Source: an uncultured Eubacteriales bacterium
GTDB taxonomy: Bacteria > Bacillota_I > Bacilli_A > RFN20 > UBA1709
DNA: 64,000 bases
Direction: 5' to 3'
Assembly (NCBI GenBank): GCA_964367815.1
Contig: CAYIYR010000002.1
Location: forward strand, 13,903-77,902
Under the pieces are notes generated by a model. That model had not been told where the DNA came from. It worked only from the letters and a program-made list of their open reading frames with translations, and ran no database searches. This document shows positions 1 to 7,491 of this stretch, in pieces. Made by a program: the position numbers and the translations under genes. Numbering within the stretch: position 1 is the first letter of the stretch; each line of letters opens with the position of its first letter.

Positions 1-722
1 CTCCAACAAATTATCAAACTTTAGAGTGGGTTTTTAACAACGTAAACAAAAACTATACTCGAGATACCGATATTAATTTAAATGAAGAAGCTTTTGCTAG
101 AGCAAAGGCCAAGAACAAGTTTGCATTTACGCTCCAAAGGACAACTCTTTGGATTGATCAAGGTCTATATATGTATTCGACTGATGGAACGGTGAATTCA
201 GGCTATTTTACTAACAGCACAGAAGCCAACAAAATGTACCATTATAATATCAATGGTGGTATTACAAACATTGCTGATTCCAGCAAAGTTCAAAATGTTG
301 CTTTCTCGTCTGATATTGTTGGGGGAATGAACGCTTTCTTTATTGATATGTGTAAATTCCACGATAATGCCAGTTCTTATTCGGCTTTATTTACAAATAC
401 AGCTAATAATACTTGGGAATCTACTGATTTAGATATGATTAATTATTTTTTAGCGTTTTGTGCGTCGTGCTATACCAACACCGAAGCTTGGGATGTTGAT
501 GGAAATGGTAGTATTGGGGAAAATGAAGTATTAGAATTCTCAAAAGTGATAGTTACTATTCCTGATAATTCCGGAAATTTTCTCTTCAAGTTATATGTTA
601 CTGAAGCCTGCAAGAGTGTTTTAGATAGTGAAAATATTAATGATTGTTTGTTTGCTTCTGCAAGTGTTCATAATATTGGCTCGACGGCAATTACTGCTCT
701 TTCAGTGGAAATGGGTAAATAG
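1..722 (+). CDS. C-terminal fragment of a larger secreted or surface protein whose 5' end lies outside the window. It carries an EF-hand/dockerin-like Ca-binding motif DVDGNGSIGENE.
   Basis: The frame containing the 171 ATG is open from position 3 with no upstream stop, so the tracked ORF is only the tail. The sequence is Asn/Thr/Ser-rich. A DxDxDG motif is followed by a hairpin/T-run terminator at 744-768. Confidence 0.45.
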   Translation, partial: PTNYQTLEWVFNNVNKNYTRDTDINLNEEAFARAKAKNKFAFTLQRTTLWIDQGLYMYSTDGTVNSGYFTNSTEANKMYHYNINGGITNIADSSKVQNVAFSSDIVGGMNAFFIDMCKFHDNASSYSALFTNTANNTWESTDLDMINYFLAFCASCYTNTEAWDVDGNGSIGENEVLEFSKVIVTIPDNSGNFLFKLYVTEACKSVLDSENINDCLFASASVHNIGSTAITALSVEMGK

Positions 723-743
723 AAAAGGGTTAAGATATTCTTA

Positions 744-768
744 GCAAGGCTTTGGCCTTGCTTTTTTG
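744..768 (+). terminator. Rho-independent terminator
   Basis: Hairpin GCAAGGC-tttg-GCCTTGC followed by TTTTTT. Confidence 0.7.
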
Positions 769-843
769 GTAGAAATCATACAAGAAAATGCAATCTGTGA
801 CTAAACGAATATTCTTTTTTTCTCTTGTATATGGTATCATTAA

Positions 844-2382
844 TTGATAGGAAGTGAGCCTGTGAAAGAACCGATTTTCCCGAAGCTGATGAAAAACTGG
901 CTGGCGAAGTTGAAAGAGTCTTTTTTTTCTATTCTACCTATCTTTTTAATCGTTTTATTATTACATTTCACTGGTCTTGCGCGGCTTAGCAATGATACTT
1001 TTGTTGATTTTCTAATTGCCTCGGCAATACTAGTTGTCGGTATGACAGCGTTTAGTATCGGAACTGATGCTTCAATTATGCCAATGGGCAATAATATTGC
1101 CACTAAATTAATTGGCAAAAGTAAAGCATATCTTTTAATTTTTGTCTGTTTGATTTTGGGAATTTTGATTTCTATCGCTGAGCCAGATCTTAGTGTTTTA
1201 GCTACTTTGGTGGAGAAAGCTATTCCGTACAACACAACATTTTTGACTATTTCAATTGGTGTTGGAATCTTTCTTGCTTTCTCAGTTTTAAGAGTGTTTT
1301 TCAAGATAAAACTAAAGTATTTAATTCTTTTATTGTATGCCTTGGTTTTTATTCTTGCCTCAATATGTGACGTATCTTTCATACCAGTCGCCTTTGATTC
1401 TGGTGGTGTCACTACTGGCCCTGTCACGGTCCCATTCATTATGGCCTTAGGTGTTGGTATCGCAACGATTACCAATCACCATAGTGAAGCCAAAGGAAAT
1501 GAAAACAACTTTGGTATGGTCGCTTTGTGTTCTGTTGGTCCAATCATGGCGATGTTAGTTTTGGGTATTATCAATGGTAATGCTGATATTGGCAGTCACG
1601 CCGTAACTACCCATGATTATTTACCTTTGTTATTACAATACATGAAGAGTGTTGCTTTTGCTTTAATCCCGATAATAGTGATATTTTTACTACTTCAATT
1701 TTCTTATCTAAAGTTAAGCAAAGCAAAGTTAAGATCTATTTTGGTGGGAGTAGTTAATAGTTATATTGGCCTAGTTTTATTTTTGTCAGCCGCTGAATTT
1801 GGCTTTTTGAAAGCTGGCAATGAAATCGGAATTCTTTTGGGTCAATCAGCTAGTACTGGTGCAATAGGTAAAACGGTAGTAATCGTTGTTGGTTTTGCCT
1901 TAGGTTTCTTAGCTGTTTTGGCTGAGCCAGCGGTTCATGTGTTAAATAAATTGATCAGTGAAACCAGTGGTGGAGTTATTAGTAAAAGAGCGATGCTATT
2001 GAGTTTAGCAATTGGCGTTGGTCTTGCAGTGGGCCTCTGTATGGTAAGAATATTATTTGATATTCCTTTCTTAATAATTGCTGGTATTGGCTATAGTATT
2101 GCTCTGATTCTTGCAGTCATTGTTGATGATGTCTATGTGGGAATTGCGTTTGATTCCGGTGGTGTTGCCAGCGGACCGTTATCTTCCTCATTTATTCTTC
2201 CTCTGGCACTAGGAGTCTGCAGTGCTCTAGGCAAAGATGTTTTAAAAAGTGGATTTGGTGTAGTCGCCATGATTGCCTTAACACCATTAATCACAATTCA
2301 AATTCTCGGCTTGATTGTTAAAATTCAGAATCACCAGATGGTTCCAAATTTTGTTGAAGATACAAAGATTATTCAATTTTAG
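844..2382 (+). CDS. DUF1538-family polytopic membrane protein with an internal duplication.
   Basis: 512 aa and very hydrophobic. The motif FDSGGVTTGPVTVPFIMALGVG repeats as FDSGGVASGPLSSSFILPLALGV, matching the two-repeat DUF1538 architecture. An alternative GTG start at 862 lies behind AGGAAGTGAG. Confidence 0.65.
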   Translation: MIGSEPVKEPIFPKLMKNWLAKLKESFFSILPIFLIVLLLHFTGLARLSNDTFVDFLIASAILVVGMTAFSIGTDASIMPMGNNIATKLIGKSKAYLLIFVCLILGILISIAEPDLSVLATLVEKAIPYNTTFLTISIGVGIFLAFSVLRVFFKIKLKYLILLLYALVFILASICDVSFIPVAFDSGGVTTGPVTVPFIMALGVGIATITNHHSEAKGNENNFGMVALCSVGPIMAMLVLGIINGNADIGSHAVTTHDYLPLLLQYMKSVAFALIPIIVIFLLLQFSYLKLSKAKLRSILVGVVNSYIGLVLFLSAAEFGFLKAGNEIGILLGQSASTGAIGKTVVIVVGFALGFLAVLAEPAVHVLNKLISETSGGVISKRAMLLSLAIGVGLAVGLCMVRILFDIPFLIIAGIGYSIALILAVIVDDVYVGIAFDSGGVASGPLSSSFILPLALGVCSALGKDVLKSGFGVVAMIALTPLITIQILGLIVKIQNHQMVPNFVEDTKIIQF

Positions 2383-2393
2383 GGAGGGCGGAT

Positions 2394-2741
2394 ATGAAAA
2401 AATTAAAAACAGTTTATGTAATCTGTAATCCTGATAAAGTCTTAATGGTTGAGAAAACATTGAAATCGCATCATTGTAATTATCTCTATTCTTATCACAG
2501 CCGTGGAGGAGCAACTAATGATATAATTGATTTGTTAGGGTTGAGGTCTTCCAATCGAATGGTTATAATTGGAGTAATTGCTGCCAATGAAGAAGCACGT
2601 TTATTGAAGGTATTAGGTAAGAAATTACAGGTTGAACATCATGGTACCGGAATTGCCTTCACTATCCCATTAGATAGTCTATTAGGAACATACACTTATC
2701 GCTTTTTAGCGAATGAAATAGGAGGACAACAAAATGGCTGA
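2394..2741 (+). CDS. PII-like (GlnB-fold) small signal-transduction protein, copy 1
   Basis: 115 aa with a strong SD (GGGAGGG). The context is the DUF1538-associated PII-like family. This copy is diverged from copy 2. Confidence 0.5.
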   Translation: MKKLKTVYVICNPDKVLMVEKTLKSHHCNYLYSYHSRGGATNDIIDLLGLRSSNRMVIIGVIAANEEARLLKVLGKKLQVEHHGTGIAFTIPLDSLLGTYTYRFLANEIGGQQNG

Positions 2742-3051
2742 TGCAAAAAAAGAATATGAATTAATAACCGTAATTGTAAATGTTGATTTTGCAGAGATTG
2801 CAATTGAGGCCTCCCAACAAGCTGGAGCACGCGGAGCAACAATTATAAATGCCCATGGCAGTGGATCAAAGGAAGCCGGTCTGCTAATGGGACTAAAAGT
2901 CACACCAGAAAAAGATGTGGTATTAATTGTTGTTGAAAGCAGCATGCGCGATGCGGTTATGACTGCCATCGGTGAGAAAGTCGGATTGAGTATGCCGGGG
3001 CAAGGAATTATTTTCTCTCAGAAGATTGATTCAGCAATCGGTTTAGCATAA
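2734..3051 (+). CDS. PII-like (GlnB-fold) small signal-transduction protein, copy 2
   Basis: 105 aa with a beta-alpha-beta layout (ELITVIVNVDFAEIAIEASQQAGARGATIINAHGSG...VVLIVVESSMRDAV) reminiscent of PII/GlnB. It overlaps the upstream gene by 8 nt, indicating translational coupling. Confidence 0.6.
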   Translation: MADAKKEYELITVIVNVDFAEIAIEASQQAGARGATIINAHGSGSKEAGLLMGLKVTPEKDVVLIVVESSMRDAVMTAIGEKVGLSMPGQGIIFSQKIDSAIGLA

Positions 3052-3064
3052 GGAGGAATATTCA

Positions 3065-3487
3065 ATGAAGAAAGAGTTTAAAACACAAGAATATAAGACT
3101 ATTGTTCAACACAAGATTGAGCAATCAGATTACACTTTTGCTATCAGGGTTTTACATTTTGATAAAAAGAAGTTAAGCATCAAAAAAGTACCTTACTTAC
3201 CAGCGATAATTGAAATTGACTTTAATCCATTAAAGGAAAATACCAGGATGAGTTTTACGGTATCAGCGACTTCAGCGACTGCTGCTACAAAGAGAATTCT
3301 TTTTAGTCCTGCTAAGTTTACTAGTTCCTTTCCTTTGAAACAACGCTACCTATTAAGAGTGCCAATTGTTGAAGATGAACCAATTCAAAGAATCGTTTTC
3401 CGAATCGAAGCTTATAAGAATGTTTTCTCAAAAGAAGGAAAACAAGTTGAGTTTCAACATAAGCTAGATGTCACGCAAATGCTATAA
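3065..3487 (+). CDS. Hypothetical protein, the last gene of the DUF1538/PII operon.
   Basis: 140 aa behind the SD AAGGAGG. No recognisable family. A terminator follows. Confidence 0.45.
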   Translation: MKKEFKTQEYKTIVQHKIEQSDYTFAIRVLHFDKKKLSIKKVPYLPAIIEIDFNPLKENTRMSFTVSATSATAATKRILFSPAKFTSSFPLKQRYLLRVPIVEDEPIQRIVFRIEAYKNVFSKEGKQVEFQHKLDVTQML

Positions 3488-3515
3488 CTTGCGCAGTAAT
3501 TTTTTCTCTTAAAAA

Positions 3516-3544
3516 CGCCATTTAAACACAATGGTGTTTTTTTG
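3516..3544 (+). terminator. Rho-independent terminator
   Basis: Stem CGCCATT/AATGGTG followed by TTTTTTT. Confidence 0.7.
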
Positions 3545-3624
3545 TTAGCGTTTACTTAAATTTTTCCTTGAATTAAGTTCATAGATTTGGTATAACTCAA
3601 TTGTGATTTTGGAGGTGCTGCATA

Positions 3625-5256
3625 ATGAAAGACACAAAGTTTATTTTTATTACGGGTGGAGTTGTATCTAGTTTAGGAAAAGGAATAACATCTTCCTGTA
3701 TTGGACGATTACTTAAGGAACGTGGCTTGAAAATCTTTATGCAGAAATTTGATCCATATCTTAACTATGATCCCGGGACAATGTCTCCCTATCAACATGG
3801 CGAGGTTTTTGTCACTTGTGATGGAGCGGAAACCGATTTGGATTTAGGTCACTATGAGAGATTTACTAATGAGTTAGTAACTAAAGATTCTAATGTTACT
3901 ACGGGAAAAATCTACTCAAGTGTTATCGATAAAGAACGCAAAGGTCATTATAATGGTGGGACTGTTCAAGTCATTCCTCATATTACTAATGAAATAAAAG
4001 GTTATCTTCATAGAGCGAAAGCAACTGGAGCAGATGTTGTCATCACCGAAATTGGTGGGACAGTAGGCGATATTGAATCACAACCATTTTTGGAAGCTAT
4101 TAGACAAGCTAGAAGAGAGTTTGGCTTTCATAATACTTTTTATGTTCATGTTACTTTAGTACCATATCTTCATAGTGCTCATGAGTTAAAGACAAAACCG
4201 ACCCAACATAGCGTTAAAGAGATGAAGGGATTAGGAATTCAACCCGATATGATTGTTCTGAGAACGGAAATTCCCGTACCAGAAGAGCATAAACAAAAAA
4301 TCGCCTTATTCTGTGATGTTGATGCCAAAGCAGTCATTGAAGCAAGAGACATGGGAATCGTTTATGATTTGGTTAATGAGTTTCAAAGACAAGGAGTCGA
4401 TGATTTCATTTGCAACCATTTTGAGTTAGAAACACCAGCAGCAGACCTTACCGATTGGAATAAAATGATTAATTGGATTAAGCATGCGAAAGGCAAAGTT
4501 ACTATTGGTTTAATTGGCAAATATATTTCGCTTAAAGATGCCTATATTTCAGTAAATGAAAGTTTAGCCCATGCTGGTTTCTTCTATGGTAAGAAAGTCG
4601 AGATTGTTGGGATAGAGTCAGAAACAATTACGGAAGCCACAGCGGATGAACTATTGGGAAATCTTGATGGTATTTTAGTTCCTGGCGGTTTTGGTGTGCG
4701 GGGCATTGCGGGAAAGATCATTGCATCACAATATGCCCGAGAGCATAAGATTCCTTATTTTGGCATCTGCTTAGGCATGCAAGTAGCCTTGATTGATATT
4801 GCTCGTAATGTTGCTCATCTTGAAGATGCTGATTCCACGGAGTTTAATGCCCAAACACCTTATAAGATTATTGATTTGTTGCCCGACCAATTTACAGGTA
4901 TAAATATTGGTGGAACCTTAAGGTTAGGAAACTATGAATGTCGAATTGATCCGAGTTCAAAGCCGTTTTCTTATTATAAGAATAGAGAGTCGGTTCAAGA
5001 AAGACATCGCCACCGGTATGAATTTAATAATGAATACAAGGAGCTTCTTCACCAAAATGGCGTGAAATTTATCGGTATTAATCCCCAAGCCAATCTAGTT
5101 GAAATGATTGAACTAGAGGGACATCCTTGGTATGTAGCGTGCCAATTCCATCCTGAATTTAGATCTAGACCTAATCATCCCCATCCTTTATTTAAGGGAT
5201 TTATTGATGCGGCGATTAAATATAAGCAAGAAAAAAACAAGAAGGCTTCAGTTTAA
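3625..5256 (+). CDS. pyrG: CTP synthase
   Basis: The N-terminus FITGGVVSSLGKGITSSCIGRLLKERGLKIFMQKFDPYLNYDPGTMSPYQHGEVFVTCDGAETDLDLGHYERF is diagnostic. A C-terminal glutamine amidotransferase domain is present. Confidence 0.95.
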   Translation: MKDTKFIFITGGVVSSLGKGITSSCIGRLLKERGLKIFMQKFDPYLNYDPGTMSPYQHGEVFVTCDGAETDLDLGHYERFTNELVTKDSNVTTGKIYSSVIDKERKGHYNGGTVQVIPHITNEIKGYLHRAKATGADVVITEIGGTVGDIESQPFLEAIRQARREFGFHNTFYVHVTLVPYLHSAHELKTKPTQHSVKEMKGLGIQPDMIVLRTEIPVPEEHKQKIALFCDVDAKAVIEARDMGIVYDLVNEFQRQGVDDFICNHFELETPAADLTDWNKMINWIKHAKGKVTIGLIGKYISLKDAYISVNESLAHAGFFYGKKVEIVGIESETITEATADELLGNLDGILVPGGFGVRGIAGKIIASQYAREHKIPYFGICLGMQVALIDIARNVAHLEDADSTEFNAQTPYKIIDLLPDQFTGINIGGTLRLGNYECRIDPSSKPFSYYKNRESVQERHRHRYEFNNEYKELLHQNGVKFIGINPQANLVEMIELEGHPWYVACQFHPEFRSRPNHPHPLFKGFIDAAIKYKQEKNKKASV

Positions 5257-5270
5257 CTGAAGCTTTTTTG
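5245..5270 (+). terminator. Rho-independent terminator overlapping the pyrG stop codon
   Basis: GCTTCAG-tttaa-CTGAAGC followed by TTTTTT. Confidence 0.75.
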
Positions 5271-5326
5271 ATGAATAATAGTGAAAATAGTATATAATAT
5301 AATCATATCATTAGGAGGAAATCACA

Positions 5327-5668
5327 ATGGATAAGAAACACTTATATGTTTTATGGACAAATGCTGATCCTGTTACTGCGAAGTTAATGGTTTTTATGTA
5401 TACAATTAATTCTATGAAACGGGGATGGTGGGAGAAAGTTACTCTAGTCATCTGGGGCGCCCCGACTAAATTAGTTGCCACCAATGAAGAAATGCAAGCG
5501 AAGATTAAAGAAGCTCAAGAAGCTGGTGTGGAAGTTGAAGCCTGTATCGCTTGTGCGCGAGAACTTGGTGTTATCGAGGATTTAGAAAATCTCGGCATCA
5601 AGGTTGTCTCCTGGGGACCATTATTGACAAATGTGCTCAAGGAAGATGAAACATTGATTACAATTTAA
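5327..5668 (+). CDS. DsrE/DsrF(YchN)-like small protein
   Basis: 113 aa with a CIAC cysteine pair. The overall pattern LYVLWTNADP...MVFMY...GWW..V.LVIWG resembles the DsrE family. Confidence 0.5.
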   Translation: MDKKHLYVLWTNADPVTAKLMVFMYTINSMKRGWWEKVTLVIWGAPTKLVATNEEMQAKIKEAQEAGVEVEACIACARELGVIEDLENLGIKVVSWGPLLTNVLKEDETLITI

Positions 5669-5708
5669 TTAACTCTGCTGGAAAGTTAATATGTCTATTG
5701 TTGAAATT

Positions 5709-5737
5709 GATAGCCAAATAGATTATAATTAAACCGC
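5709..5737 (+). promoter_or_regulatory. Sigma-A-type promoter for apt
   Basis: TTGAAA, a 17-nt spacer, then TATAAT. Confidence 0.55.
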
Positions 5738-5775
5738 TTTTCTGATTGAAATAGCGATAAAGTGAGGCTTTATTT

Positions 5776-6300
5776 ATGAAAAAAGTTGAAGATTATATTG
5801 TTACCATACCAAATTTCCCTGAACCAGGGATTATGTTTAGAGATGTTACTTCGGTTCTTCAAGATGCCGATGGTTTAAAGTTAGCTATTGATGAAATGGA
5901 CAATCTATTAAAGGATGTCGATTGTGATGTCATTGCGGGAACTGAATCTAGAGGTTTTATTTTTGGTATGCCAATCGCTTATAATCTTCATAAGCCTTTT
6001 GTTTTGATTCGGAAGAAAGGTAAGTTGCCAAGAGAAACTGTATCTATGACTTATGATTTAGAATACGGTAAAGCAACTATCGAGATGCATAAAAGTGCGA
6101 TTATTCCTGGTCAAAAGGTTGTTGTGGTTGATGATCTAATCGCAACTGGTGGTACACTAGAAGCCTGTGTTAAATTGATTGAAAGACTAGGCGGAGTTGT
6201 CGTAAAGATTATTGTATTAATGGAACTTAAGGGGCTTAATGGTCGTGATAAATTACAAGGTTATGATGTCGCTTCTGTAGTCTCGTATGACGGAAAATAA
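5776..6300 (+). CDS. apt: Adenine phosphoribosyltransferase
   Basis: The PRTase motif VVVVDDLIATGGT and Apt-typical N-terminal sequence. Confidence 0.93.
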   Translation: MKKVEDYIVTIPNFPEPGIMFRDVTSVLQDADGLKLAIDEMDNLLKDVDCDVIAGTESRGFIFGMPIAYNLHKPFVLIRKKGKLPRETVSMTYDLEYGKATIEMHKSAIIPGQKVVVVDDLIATGGTLEACVKLIERLGGVVVKIIVLMELKGLNGRDKLQGYDVASVVSYDGK

Positions 6301-6312
6301 ATTAATTAACTG

Positions 6313-6346
6313 AAAAGAACCATTCACGTGAATGGTTCTTTTTTTA
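6313..6346. terminator. Bidirectional terminator between the convergent apt and gpsA genes.
   Basis: AAAAGAACCATTCACGTGAATGGTTCTTTTTTT has an A-tract on the left and a T-tract on the right. Confidence 0.8.
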
Positions 6347-6350
6347 ATGG

Positions 6351-7310
6351 TTATTTGGTTTCGGATTTTAATTCTCTTAAGAATAATTGTTCAAGACTCT
6401 TTTCCGGGTCTTTGTTTTCAAACAGAACGCCATAGATGGCTTCGCATATTGGGAGGTCAACGTTGTATTTTTGGCCTAGTTTACACATGGCTTTAACAGT
6501 ATAATAACCTTCTGCTAAGTCGGTGTATGGTTCATGTTTGACAAATTTCTCACCAAACATCCGGTTATGTGAATAGGGCGAGAAGATTGTGGCTTGATAA
6601 TCGCCTAAATGGCAGAGGCCGTAGGCGGAAATCTCATTGCCACCTAAAGCTTTAATCAAACGAGCGACTTCCTTAGTTCCTCTAGCCATCAAAGGTCCTT
6701 TAAGCGGGGACATATTCAAGCCATCCAACATACCGGCCGCAATGCCGATTACGTTTTTGGCGGCCGCACCGATTTCATTACCAATGAGGTCTTCACCATA
6801 ATAGAAACGAATCAAGCTGCTAGAGAAATTTTTAACCAGCATGCGCTTAATTCCTTTATTCTCACAATCGACGGTCATGCAAGTAGGAATGCCACTATAG
6901 ATTTCCTGAACATGTCCGGGACCAATCCAAACAGCGACAGCGCAGGTATCATCAATATATTCATTAACAATTTCTGTTAAGCGTTCACCAGTTTCAACTT
7001 CTAAGCCTTTCATACAGAGAACAAAAACTTTATTATGCAGATTAAGTGGTTTCAGTTCTTCCATGAGATGTCTTAAGCCCTGTGAATCAACAGAAATGAC
7101 TATTGCGTCGGAATCATCAATTAATTTTTGATCGGATGTCAACCGAATCGATTCGGGTAAGACTACTTGACCGTTTGTCCGTGTTTCTTTCAATTGCTTT
7201 AAATGAGAGGAAGATTCACGACCATAAAGAATCACTTGGTGATTAAATTTGTTTAGATACCACGCTAGAAAAGTACCCCAGCGTCCACAACCAATAACAG
7301 CAACTTTCAT
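6351..7310 (-). CDS. gpsA: NAD(P)H-dependent glycerol-3-phosphate dehydrogenase
   Basis: MKVAVIGCGRWGTFLA Rossmann N-terminus and GpsA-typical length and sequence. Confidence 0.92.
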   Translation of the reverse strand: MKVAVIGCGRWGTFLAWYLNKFNHQVILYGRESSSHLKQLKETRTNGQVVLPESIRLTSDQKLIDDSDAIVISVDSQGLRHLMEELKPLNLHNKVFVLCMKGLEVETGERLTEIVNEYIDDTCAVAVWIGPGHVQEIYSGIPTCMTVDCENKGIKRMLVKNFSSSLIRFYYGEDLIGNEIGAAAKNVIGIAAGMLDGLNMSPLKGPLMARGTKEVARLIKALGGNEISAYGLCHLGDYQATIFSPYSHNRMFGEKFVKHEPYTDLAEGYYTVKAMCKLGQKYNVDLPICEAIYGVLFENKDPEKSLEQLFLRELKSETK

Positions 7311-7491
7311 TTGAGATCATCTCCTTGATTAATTATAACATATTATAACTGAGTAAGAGGAAAAAGTTTGACAGAAAAAATCTTCATTTTAGTGAGATTC
7401 TATTATAAATAATAGTTGATTCGATATACAAAATATGATATATTTATATCTAATGAGTAAAAACGCATTATGTTTTCTGCGGGGGTAGCAA

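Noticed and set aside
3488-3624. Possible pyrG reiterative-transcription attenuator.
   Set aside because: The hairpin and T-run at 3516-3544 sit directly after the upstream operon and most simply terminate it. No GGGC-type initially transcribed pyrG leader could be identified by eye.
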